A stretch of 64,000 bases of DNA from a plasmid: sequence record NZ_CP025192.1; one strand, given 5' to 3'. The notes under the pieces were generated by a model. It was not told the origin of the DNA, did not search any database, and worked only from the letters and a program-made list of their open reading frames with translations. Below are positions 1 through 8,854 of this stretch, piece after piece; position 1 is the first letter of the stretch; each line of letters begins with the position of its first letter. Position numbers and translations under genes: made by a program.

Positions 1-130
1 ATTGACAGGCAACGGCGCGTTGTTCAGCTTCCGGCGCGAAGGCCTGCTGTAGCCGTGGATCAGGCTGGCGCAGGCGCATCGGCCGCCATCGTCCGATCGG
101 AGTGAGCACAGTATGTCGTCGCCAGAGCAA

Positions 131-1132
131 CTATAGAAAGTCTCGCCCCGCGTGCTCCTCGAAGAGCCGCGCGTTGCGAACGTAGCCAGACAGCACCTGG
201 ACGCTCTTGTGCCGTGACTGCTGCTGCATCTGGAAGATGCTCGCCCCGGCGCGCGCCGCCGCGGTGAGGAAGCCCGCGCGTAGGCTGTGCCCGCCGAAGG
301 TGCCGGCGTCGAGGCCCGCCGCGGCGACGCGCGCCTGCACGATGCGCGCGATGGCGCGGTCGCTCATCGGGTCGGCGGTGACGCGTCGGCCGTCGTTGGA
401 GATGCGGCGGAACACGGAGCCCTCGGCGATGCCGGCGCGCGCGAGCCAGGCCTCGAGGTGGCGCACGGGGTGCAGCCGCCGGCCCTCCGGCACGGCGATC
501 TCGGCGCCGCGGCCCTCCTGGTCACCCTTGGAGCGGCGGATGGTGACGCGGTAGCCCTCCGGGACCCGGTGCAGGTCCTCGACGCGTAGCGCGACGAGCT
601 CGCTCCGCCGCAGGCAGGCGGCCATGCCGAAGGCGATGAGCGCGCGGTCGCGCACCTCGCGCAGCCCGCCGCCGCGGATCGCGTGCAGCACGTCGCGCGT
701 GACGTCGGCGTCGGCCGCGGCCTTGCGCGCCGGCGGCCGGCCGTGCGCGCGGCGGACGCCGGCCATGATCTCGTGGATGATCGCGCCCTGCCCGGTTTTC
801 TGCGGCGGCTGGCGGCCGGCCCGGCGGTGGACCCAGCCGATGGCGGCGAGCTGCACCTGCACCCAGGCGGGCGACATGCCGCGGGCGGCCTCGGCGGCGA
901 GCCAGCCGGCGACGACGGCCGGGTGCGCCGGCAGCGGGTCGTGGCCCTGGGCGGCGCACCAGGCGGCGAAGGCGTCCCAGGCGCGCTCGTACTTCAGCCG
1001 GGTGGAGGCGGCGCGCGACGCGGCGGCGTAGCCGCGCGCGGCCTCGACCACCTCCGGGGCGAGCGCGGGCGACCGGTCCGCGGCCTCCGCCGCCGGCACG
1101 AGCGCCCCCGATCCCTCGTCCCCGGCCCCCAT
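131..1132 (-). CDS. Tyrosine-type site-specific integrase (phage integrase family)
   Basis: C-terminal catalytic region HSLRAGF...R..H..SGY typical of tyrosine recombinases. The ORF runs to 1240, but the ATG at 1132 gives a ~334-aa protein. Confidence 0.8.
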   Translation of the reverse strand: MGAGDEGSGALVPAAEAADRSPALAPEVVEAARGYAAASRAASTRLKYERAWDAFAAWCAAQGHDPLPAHPAVVAGWLAAEAARGMSPAWVQVQLAAIGWVHRRAGRQPPQKTGQGAIIHEIMAGVRRAHGRPPARKAAADADVTRDVLHAIRGGGLREVRDRALIAFGMAACLRRSELVALRVEDLHRVPEGYRVTIRRSKGDQEGRGAEIAVPEGRRLHPVRHLEAWLARAGIAEGSVFRRISNDGRRVTADPMSDRAIARIVQARVAAAGLDAGTFGGHSLRAGFLTAAARAGASIFQMQQQSRHKSVQVLSGYVRNARLFEEHAGRDFL

Positions 1133-1159
1133 GAGCCTCCCTGCCCCAGCGCGCGTCCT

Positions 1160-1188
1160 GTGTCCGGAAAAGAGAAGTTTCCGGACAC
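1160..1188. promoter_or_regulatory. Perfect 11-bp inverted repeat GTGTCCGGAAA-N7-TTTCCGGACAC ~30 bp upstream of the integrase start; candidate operator or recombinase-binding site
   Basis: Palindrome read directly from the sequence. A second inverted repeat GGCTTGC-N7-GCAAGCC lies at ~1204-1224. Confidence 0.3.
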
Positions 1189-1382
1189 AGCCACCGTAGC
1201 CGCAGGCTTGCTCCGAGGGCAAGCCTTCTGGCAGCCGCAATGCGGCAGGAGGTGAGCGGTGGTAAGGCCAGTTACCGCTCCTAACGCGGGCGCCGCTTGT
1301 TGCCGTCGCCAGCGACGCGCGTCCACACTCCTAGACAGCAACGAAGATGCTAATAGGCGTGTAGCCGGTAGAGGAGGCAAAG

Positions 1383-3149
1383 TTGTACAAACCGGGGGGC
1401 ACCATCGCCGAGGCACTCAGCCGCATCCAGAACAAGACCTATGTTCTGCCGGCGATCCAGCGCGAATTCGTCTGGAAGCCAGAGCAGATCGAGCGGCTGT
1501 TCGACAGCCTGATGCAGGGCTATCCGTTCGGCACCTTCCTGTTTTGGAAGGTGGAGCCGAGCACCAGCGGCAAGTTCAAGTTTTACGACTTCGTGCTGAA
1601 CTACCATCAGCGCGACGCCGCGCACTGCCCGGAGCTCGGCAAGATGCACCACCAGAGCGTCACGGCAGTGCTCGACGGACAGCAGCGCCTCACTGCCCTC
1701 AACATCGGCCTACGCGGTTCGATGGCGATCAAGCAGCCGAACAAATGGTGGACCAACCCGGACGCATTTCCAAAGCGAACGCTGCGCCTGGACCTGCTCG
1801 CACCGCAGACACCAGACGAGGACGGGGTGGTCTATCGGTTCCGCTTCCTCGACGACGGCCAGGCTGCGCGAGATGAGAAAGCCCACTGGTTCAGTGTGCC
1901 CGAGATCCTAGGCATGGAGGACGGACCGGCCATGTTGTCCGCGCTTATGACGCGCGGGCTGCAAGGTGACGCTCTAAGGGCCGCCTATTCGACCCTCGAC
2001 CGCCTCCACCGAGTCGTCCACTCGCACAACCTGATCAACTACTATGAAGAGGAGACGCAGGACGTCGAGCGCGTACTGAACATCTTCATCCGCCTGAACT
2101 CCGGCGGAACGGTGCTTTCCTATTCCGACCTCCTGCTGAGCATCGCGGTCGCTCAATGGAAGCAGGTGGACGCACGCGCCGAGATCCATGCTCTGGTCGA
2201 CGAGCTGAACCGGATCGGTACGGGCTTCTCATTGAGCCAGGATTTTGTGCTGAAGGCGGGGCTGATGCTGGCCGACATCGCCAGCGTCGGCTTCAAGGTC
2301 GAGAATTTCACCACCGCCAACATGGCCGCGCTCGAGGCGAACTGGCCCGCCATCCGGGCGGCGCTCGTGCGGACGGTCGAGCTGGCGGCCAGCTTTGGCC
2401 TCAACGGTCAAACCCTCCGCGCCGACAGCGCCCTCCTGCCGATCGCCTATCATCTCTATCGCCGGAACGTGCCTGCCAACTATGCCAGCCACAGCCAGTT
2501 CGCGGCAGATCGGGAGGCAATACGGGGTTGGTTGATCCGCTCGCTCCTGAAGGCGTCCGGCATCTGGGGCAGCGGCCTGGACACGCTGCTGACAGCCCTT
2601 CGCGAGGTCGTCCAGCAGCACGGGGCGGATGCCTTCCCGGTCATTCAGCTCAGGCAGGTGATGACGCAACGCGGCAAGTCGCTGACCTTCGAGCCGGCCG
2701 AAGTCGACGACCTTCTGCACATGGAATACGGCGACAAGCGGCTCTTTCCTCTGCTCGCCTTGCTGTTCCCGTTCGTCGACCTCAGGAACAACTTTCATGT
2801 CGATCACGTCTTCCCAATCTCTCGCTTCTCCCGCGCGAAGCTGCTGAAGGCGGGATTCAGCGGGGATCAGGCGGAGGACCTCGCCCGGCACGCGAACCAG
2901 CTGCCCAACCTGCAGCTGCTCGACGGCGCGATTAACAACGAGAAGCGCGCCGCCATGCCCGGCGAGTGGCTGGCCAAACAGTATCCTGATCCATCATCGG
3001 CGCAGCACTATCGAGAGAAGCATCTGCTTGGGAATGTGCCGGACGACCTCACGGGCTTCGCGGCCTTCCACGCGGCGCGGCGGGACCGGTTGCGAACTGT
3101 GCTGACCGGGATGCTGGTAGGACCGGCGCAGGTGTCGGATCAGGGGTAG
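1383..3149 (+). CDS. GmrSD-family type IV restriction endonuclease (DUF262 N-terminal, DUF1524 His-Me nuclease C-terminal); BrxU-like
   Basis: DGQQRLTAL signature of DUF262 and IQREFVW motif. C-terminal HVDHVFPISRF HNH-like motif of DUF1524. TTG start preceded by GAGGAGG. Confidence 0.8.
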   Translation: MYKPGGTIAEALSRIQNKTYVLPAIQREFVWKPEQIERLFDSLMQGYPFGTFLFWKVEPSTSGKFKFYDFVLNYHQRDAAHCPELGKMHHQSVTAVLDGQQRLTALNIGLRGSMAIKQPNKWWTNPDAFPKRTLRLDLLAPQTPDEDGVVYRFRFLDDGQAARDEKAHWFSVPEILGMEDGPAMLSALMTRGLQGDALRAAYSTLDRLHRVVHSHNLINYYEEETQDVERVLNIFIRLNSGGTVLSYSDLLLSIAVAQWKQVDARAEIHALVDELNRIGTGFSLSQDFVLKAGLMLADIASVGFKVENFTTANMAALEANWPAIRAALVRTVELAASFGLNGQTLRADSALLPIAYHLYRRNVPANYASHSQFAADREAIRGWLIRSLLKASGIWGSGLDTLLTALREVVQQHGADAFPVIQLRQVMTQRGKSLTFEPAEVDDLLHMEYGDKRLFPLLALLFPFVDLRNNFHVDHVFPISRFSRAKLLKAGFSGDQAEDLARHANQLPNLQLLDGAINNEKRAAMPGEWLAKQYPDPSSAQHYREKHLLGNVPDDLTGFAAFHAARRDRLRTVLTGMLVGPAQVSDQG

Positions 3150-3330
3150 CTGACTGTCTGGAAACTCTGAGCAGGCGGCGCTTCGCCGGAGCATGGTGCG
3201 CGACATCGCCGCGCAGATCATGCCCCCGAACTTATTGAGAGGGCTTGGGTCATCTTGAACCGTGCGCATGCCCAGCGGGCCTTTCAGCCCTACCCGTGGC
3301 GGCAGCTCTTTCAACTGCACCCGAGCCGGC

Positions 3331-4053
3331 TCAATAAGGGTTCGCCAAGGCCACGACCCGATTGCCCGCACCGTCGCCTCGCACCTCCAAGGCCGGCGAT
3401 GTCGACAGGAGGTAAGCGGCCGAGTCGCCCAGCGCGAACGGGAACATGACCGGGCTCGACGAGATGCCATCGACCGGGAGCGCGCGCCCCGCATACCGCA
3501 GGCACGCTTCGCTGAGCCACGCCGCGACCGGCGAGCCGTGCAGATCGATGGCAGGGGCGCGGGTGATCCGCTTCCCGTTGTCCAACTTCTCGATCGTCCC
3601 CCAGCTCGCCTGCGACTGGAGCACCATGTTCGTCATGCGGCGCGTACCCTCGCGCTCCCCGTAGGTCTCCGCCATCCGCCGGTGGACTTCCGCCGACCTG
3701 CAGTCGCCGTGCAGCGCCGTCAGCCGGCCAACGATCTCAGCCACCCTTCCGAAGAAGCTGTAGGTCGCCAGGGCCATACCCCAGGTCAGCGGGACGGCCG
3801 TCGTGGACGGCGCAGCGCGATAGATTCGCGCCCCGCGCGCGGTGAAGTCGAGGAGGTCCGGGCGCGGCTCGAGCCACAGCCTGTTCAGAACCGTCCGGGT
3901 CTTCTTCTTGGCCGCCGGGCCGGGATGCGCGGCGTCCAGCAACGCCGTCAGCTCGCCGAGGCTCGCCAGCCCGGCGCTCACGCGAAGAGCCGCCTCGGCC
4001 AGCTCGAGCGGGACGAAGCGGTCGAAGCCAATCTGTGCGGCGGCCGTGCTCAT
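3331..4053 (-). CDS. brxA: Putative BrxA-like terminal gene of the BREX type 3 operon (function inferred from position only)
   Basis: 240-aa ORF whose ATG overlaps the pglZ stop (ATGA). It occupies the brxA position of type 3 BREX. I cannot verify sequence similarity. Confidence 0.45.
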   Translation of the reverse strand: MSTAAAQIGFDRFVPLELAEAALRVSAGLASLGELTALLDAAHPGPAAKKKTRTVLNRLWLEPRPDLLDFTARGARIYRAAPSTTAVPLTWGMALATYSFFGRVAEIVGRLTALHGDCRSAEVHRRMAETYGEREGTRRMTNMVLQSQASWGTIEKLDNGKRITRAPAIDLHGSPVAAWLSEACLRYAGRALPVDGISSSPVMFPFALGDSAAYLLSTSPALEVRGDGAGNRVVALANPY

Positions 4054-6044
4054 TGATCGGCGTCCGCAACCTGCACCCGCACGAACGGCACGATGAGCTC
4101 CTCGACCGATGGTCCGCCGTGAGCGACGATCCGCTCCCCCCGCGGCACGAACGCCTTCCGAGTGCCCGCGTACACCGGCAACACTTCTGGAGGTAGCCCG
4201 GGCACGCCGAGACGGAAGGTGTCGAGCTCCGAAGGGACGGACGCCGCCAACGCGTCGCTACGGTATGTCCGAACCCTCTCGCCCTTGACCTCGGACACCA
4301 CGCCCTGGCTGAGCCGCCCGATTCCTTCGGCCTCCACGTTCCCGTGGTCGGCCGTCAGGTAGACCTGGTAGCCGTGCCCGGCGAGCAAGCGGACGAGGCC
4401 TTCGGCAAACCCGGTGTCGCACCAAGCGGCGATTTGGCCGCTGATGCCCCGCTTCCCGAGCATCGCCCCGTGCACCAGCTCGTCGACCATGTCGACGACG
4501 ATCCCGGCCACCTTCATTCCCGGCTTAGATATCGCCACGGCCAAGTCGGCCAGTTGCTCCGTCCGCTTCAACCCCTTCGCGTAGCACACCTCCGAGCTGC
4601 GGAGGCCGTTCTCCTGCCAGAAGCGCGCCCAAAGCTGCGGCTCCTGGGCCGTGGTGTCGATGGAGGTGGGGAACTCGCGCGGGCGGAGGCCGGAGAAGAG
4701 GGCCTGCCGGGAAACGGAGGTCAGGGTCGGAAGCCACGCGAAGCACGCGCCATCGTCCGCGGCGAAGCCGCGGACCCGCGCGGCCAGGTGGTCGCGGACC
4801 TGTAGCCACTGGTCCATGGCCAGGCCGTCGAACACCACGAGCGCAACGCGCACCTCGCCGGCGGCGCGGCGCAGCGCGAGGTACCTCGGCACGTGGTGGA
4901 CCATGACCGGCCCCCTCGCGGCCGGGAGGGACGGAAGGTCCGCGAAATGCGTCGTGACCCAGAGCCTCAGGCGATCGTCGGCGTCGCGCTGTAGTTGACT
5001 CACCTGCTGCTCCAGCGGTTTCGCGGCATCCACGTTCAGGGAGTGGAAGCGGAAGATCAGCTCCCCGAGGCGGCGCGCGAAGTCGGCCCAGTCGCGGTGG
5101 GACGACCCCGTCGAAGGTAGATTGGTGGCAAGCCGCCTGGCCCCCTGGCCCACCAAGTCTGCCTGCGTGTGCGGGTCTTCGACCAACCCCACCCTCACCC
5201 ATTCCGGCACGCCGGCGGGCGGCCTCCCGACGCCGACCGGACGAAGCCCGCCATCGAGGAACAACGTGCCGACGATCGCCCGGACGTCGGGGTGCTCGAA
5301 CGGCACCGCGATGGCAATCGACTCCACGGCTTCCGCGTCCGGGCCGCTGCCAGCGTCGATGCCCTGCTGGAGCAGGAACCGGCGCCAGGCATCCTGCAGG
5401 ACGCGCAACGTGAAGCTCATGGATGAGAGCAGATCGGCGACCGGGAGACCTCCGATCGCGGTGTCCTTCAACAGCTGCGCGACGTGGTCGGCCAGCACCC
5501 TCGGCAGGCTCGATCCGCGGTAGTGCAGGCGCAGCAGCTCCCGCCAGAAGTCCTCCGGGCCGCCCAGCATGTAGGGGCTGATCCGGAAGACGCGGGTGAG
5601 GATGAAGTCCTTGGTCGCCGCCTCGCCCAGCGGCTGCGGCGCATGCCGGTCTTGCGCCTGGAACATCGCCTCGTGATGCTCCGAGGCGATCTGCCTCACC
5701 ACGCTGTAGCTCAGCCTCGGGAAGAGGTCTGCCAAGCTGAGGCTTACCGTGCGAGCCTGACGGATGTAGTCCCACGGCAGCACGTTCACGTCGGTTCCGC
5801 GCAGCTGCAACACCAGCGCTTTTTCCGGTCCCGCCTCCCCCCGGTCCCACGCGTCCCGGTAGCGTTCCTCGAACTCCACGCGGAAGACGACCGGGTCGTC
5901 GAAGGGCAGAACCTCGAAGCCTCTCTCCCGGAGGCTGTGCAGCACGGCCTCGTCCAGTAGCACGTCGTCAGGATCGCAGGCGATCCAGAATCGGGCCAGC
6001 TCGGTGGGGAACTCCCGAAGGATCCGGTCGGTCCACGCGCTCAC
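4050..6044 (-). CDS. pglZ: BREX PglZ (alkaline-phosphatase superfamily PglZ domain)
   Basis: C-terminal TADHGN...HGG phosphatase-like motifs typical of the PglZ domain. Start overlaps the upstream helicase stop (ATGA). Confidence 0.8.
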   Translation of the reverse strand: MSAWTDRILREFPTELARFWIACDPDDVLLDEAVLHSLRERGFEVLPFDDPVVFRVEFEERYRDAWDRGEAGPEKALVLQLRGTDVNVLPWDYIRQARTVSLSLADLFPRLSYSVVRQIASEHHEAMFQAQDRHAPQPLGEAATKDFILTRVFRISPYMLGGPEDFWRELLRLHYRGSSLPRVLADHVAQLLKDTAIGGLPVADLLSSMSFTLRVLQDAWRRFLLQQGIDAGSGPDAEAVESIAIAVPFEHPDVRAIVGTLFLDGGLRPVGVGRPPAGVPEWVRVGLVEDPHTQADLVGQGARRLATNLPSTGSSHRDWADFARRLGELIFRFHSLNVDAAKPLEQQVSQLQRDADDRLRLWVTTHFADLPSLPAARGPVMVHHVPRYLALRRAAGEVRVALVVFDGLAMDQWLQVRDHLAARVRGFAADDGACFAWLPTLTSVSRQALFSGLRPREFPTSIDTTAQEPQLWARFWQENGLRSSEVCYAKGLKRTEQLADLAVAISKPGMKVAGIVVDMVDELVHGAMLGKRGISGQIAAWCDTGFAEGLVRLLAGHGYQVYLTADHGNVEAEGIGRLSQGVVSEVKGERVRTYRSDALAASVPSELDTFRLGVPGLPPEVLPVYAGTRKAFVPRGERIVAHGGPSVEELIVPFVRVQVADADQ

Positions 6045-8854
6045 GACGCGCCGCCCGCCGGGCCGCCAACGCGCAGCATGAGAACGGAGTGGAGGTCGGG
6101 CACGCGGATCTCGGCGGCGTCGAGCCGCGCCATGCGGGTCTCGTGCTCCGCGCGCAGGCGCCTGCGGCGATACTCGCGCACGCTCGGGAGCCCGATGCGG
6201 CCGATGGCCTGATACCTGACTTCGTAGGCGTGGCGGGCGCGGTCGCGCTCCTCCCGGATGCGGGCTGCGTGCTCTTCCGCCAGCTCGGCGAAGACCTGCT
6301 CACCGTTGGAGACGGCCGCACGCTTGGCGTCGTGGAACCACCGGCCCGGGACCTTCTCCGAGGAAAGCCCGACCAGCCGGATGCGCTCCGTGACGAGGAG
6401 ATCCCAGATCCGCCTCGCGGTCGGCATGAACATGCGCCCCTCGTCGCTCACGAAGACCGCCAGGAAGCGCCGCCTGCCGAAGTCCTCGGCCGACAGACCG
6501 ATCTGCCAAAGGGACCACACGCCCCTGACGGTATCGGGCAGCCCGCCGACCTCGACCACCGGGAGCGGCTGACCGTCCACGCAGCGGGGCAGCTCGGTGA
6601 TGACGGCCCGGGCCCGCGCGTCCTCGAGCGTGACCCACTCCACGTCCGGCCGGCTCGCCGCGGTACGCGCGTCGAAGCACGCACCGACAGATTCGCTGCC
6701 GTCGATCCAGCGGAGACGCCACGTATCGCCGTCCTTGATCGCAGCGCCCCCCTTCCCCGGCAGGCCGGTCGTGATCGCCCGCTCGAGCCAGAACTGCGCG
6801 GGGTGGTCCTGCCACTTGCGTGCGCCTTCCGCGTCGAGCTCCTGGTCGCCGGCGAGGAGGTCGACGTTCCTGCGGCTCTCTGCGACTGCCGACCGGAGCT
6901 GCGACGCCACCGCATCGCACTCGGCTTCGATCGCGTCCGGGTTCTGGAGGCCCTGCACGAACAGCTCGTCGAACAGCCCGTCCGCCTCAACCGAGTCCAT
7001 CACGTCCGCCGCCTTGTCGACGCCAAACTCCTCCGCGATGACGGCGAGCTTCGCCTCGAGAACCTCGCGGACCCGGTGCTCGACGGTGTCCTCAAGGACC
7101 AGGTTGATCGCGCGCACCACATGCGGCTGGCCGATGCGATCGACGCGACCGATGCGCTGCTCGACCCGCATGGGGTTCCACGGCATGTCGAAGTTGACGA
7201 TCACGTGGCAGAACTGGAGGTTGAGCCCCTCGCCACCGGCGTCGGTGGAGACGAGAATCCTGACGTCGCGGGCGAACGCCTGCTGCGCCCGCGTGCGGGT
7301 CTCAAGGTCCATGCCGCCGTTGAGCGTTGCGACCGAGAAGCCACGCGCCTCTAGGAGCGCGGCGAGCATGGCCTGCGTCGGCACGAACTCCGTGAAGACG
7401 AGGACCTTCAGCTGCGGGTCCCCTTCCTCCTGCTGGAGTTTGTAGATGAGATCCAGCAGCGCCTCGGCTTTCGCGTCGGTCCCCTGGGCCTCAGTAGAGC
7501 GGGCGAGCTCGAGAAGCACCTTGACCTCCGCCTTCTCCGTCTGCCAGCCCCTCGCCTCGACGGCCAAGTCGATCTGCGCCTGGCCGTCCAGATCCGCCCA
7601 CTCGTCGACGTCGGCGGTCTCGAAAAGGGACGGCTGGAGCTGCGGCTGGTCCAGCATTGCCAGGCGGTTCTCAAGCGTCGCGCGGATAGCCGCGGTGCTC
7701 GACGTCACCAGCCTCTGCATGAGTATCATGAGGAACCCGATGTGCCGCTGCTTCGCGGCCAGCGCCTGGTTGTAGCCGTGGCGGACGTAGTCGGTGATCG
7801 CCTCGTAGAGACTCCTCTGGGCCGCGTGGCGGTCCTGCCATGCTACGGGATGCAGCCTCGTCATCCGCGGCTTGAAGAGGGCCCTGCCTTCCGCGTCGAT
7901 CGCGGCGCGCTTCTCCGTCCGGATCACGAACGGCCGGACGCGGTCGCTCGTCACGCTACTCTCGTCGGGGAAGGAATCGCGGTCGAGCAGCTGCATGAGC
8001 CGGTGGAACTGGTCGGTCTTGCCCTGGTGGGGCGTCGCCGACAGGAGGAGCAGGTAGGGTGCGGCCTCGGCCAGCGCCGCCCCGAGCTTGTACCGCGCGA
8101 CCTGGTCCGTGCTGCCGCCCATGCGGTGCGCTTCGTCGATGATGACCAGGTCCCACGACGCCGAGACCAGGTCCTCGAAGCGCTCCCGGTTGTACGTGCT
8201 GAGCTGCTCGAGGGTCCAGCCGCGGCGCCCGTCCAGGGGCTTTACGGAATCGAGCGAGCAGATCACCTGGTCGTGGAGTCGCCAGAGGTTCTCCTCGTCG
8301 CTGCGCCACTGGCGGAAAGCGGAGAGCTCGGCCGGTTCGACGAATTGGAAGCTCTCGCCGAAGTGCAGCCGCATCTCCGCCTGCCACTGGCGCACGAGCC
8401 CCTTGGGCGCGACGACGAGGATCCGCTTCGCCATGCCGCGGAGCTTCAGCTCGCGTAGGATCAGCCCGGCCTCGATCGTCTTCCCGAGGCCCACCTCGTC
8501 CGCCAGGAGGTAGCGGATCCGGTGGCGCGCCATCGCGCGGTTCAGCGCGTAGAGCTGGTGCGGCAGCGGCACCACGCTGGACTGGACCGGCGCGAGCAGG
8601 AGGTCGTCCTCCAGCGCGTCGAGCAACCTCGCCGCCGCTGCGGTATGCAGGACGTGTTCGACCGTGGGCTGGACGGAGCCGAGCTGCGCGAGATCCTTCT
8701 CGCGGGCGCGTACGACAGCGTCACGGCTAGGCAGCCAAACCCGATAGGCGACCTCGCCCCAGATCTCTTCCCGGTCGATCACCCGGCAGGGTGCGGCATG
8801 TCGTCCGTGCCAACACCAATCGCCTACCGAGTGCCTGCCGCCGAGCTTGTTCAC
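6041..8854 (-). CDS. brxHII: BREX type 3 SNF2-family helicase BrxHII
   Basis: SNF2 motifs LLADEVGLGKTIEAG and LVIIDEAHRMGG (DEAH box) plus a helicase-C region. The ORF extends to 8980, but the GTG at 8854 overlaps the pglX stop (GTGA) and is the likely start. Confidence 0.8.
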   Translation of the reverse strand: MNKLGGRHSVGDWCWHGRHAAPCRVIDREEIWGEVAYRVWLPSRDAVVRAREKDLAQLGSVQPTVEHVLHTAAAARLLDALEDDLLLAPVQSSVVPLPHQLYALNRAMARHRIRYLLADEVGLGKTIEAGLILRELKLRGMAKRILVVAPKGLVRQWQAEMRLHFGESFQFVEPAELSAFRQWRSDEENLWRLHDQVICSLDSVKPLDGRRGWTLEQLSTYNRERFEDLVSASWDLVIIDEAHRMGGSTDQVARYKLGAALAEAAPYLLLLSATPHQGKTDQFHRLMQLLDRDSFPDESSVTSDRVRPFVIRTEKRAAIDAEGRALFKPRMTRLHPVAWQDRHAAQRSLYEAITDYVRHGYNQALAAKQRHIGFLMILMQRLVTSSTAAIRATLENRLAMLDQPQLQPSLFETADVDEWADLDGQAQIDLAVEARGWQTEKAEVKVLLELARSTEAQGTDAKAEALLDLIYKLQQEEGDPQLKVLVFTEFVPTQAMLAALLEARGFSVATLNGGMDLETRTRAQQAFARDVRILVSTDAGGEGLNLQFCHVIVNFDMPWNPMRVEQRIGRVDRIGQPHVVRAINLVLEDTVEHRVREVLEAKLAVIAEEFGVDKAADVMDSVEADGLFDELFVQGLQNPDAIEAECDAVASQLRSAVAESRRNVDLLAGDQELDAEGARKWQDHPAQFWLERAITTGLPGKGGAAIKDGDTWRLRWIDGSESVGACFDARTAASRPDVEWVTLEDARARAVITELPRCVDGQPLPVVEVGGLPDTVRGVWSLWQIGLSAEDFGRRRFLAVFVSDEGRMFMPTARRIWDLLVTERIRLVGLSSEKVPGRWFHDAKRAAVSNGEQVFAELAEEHAARIREERDRARHAYEVRYQAIGRIGLPSVREYRRRRLRAEHETRMARLDAAEIRVPDLHSVLMLRVGGPAGGAS

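Noticed and set aside
4525-5850. 441-aa minus-strand ORF inside pglZ
   Set aside because: It is an alternative frame of the pglZ region with Arg/Gly/Pro-rich junk. The PglZ frame carries the phosphatase motifs.
6089-7354. 421-aa plus-strand ORF
   Set aside because: Antisense to the SNF2 helicase.
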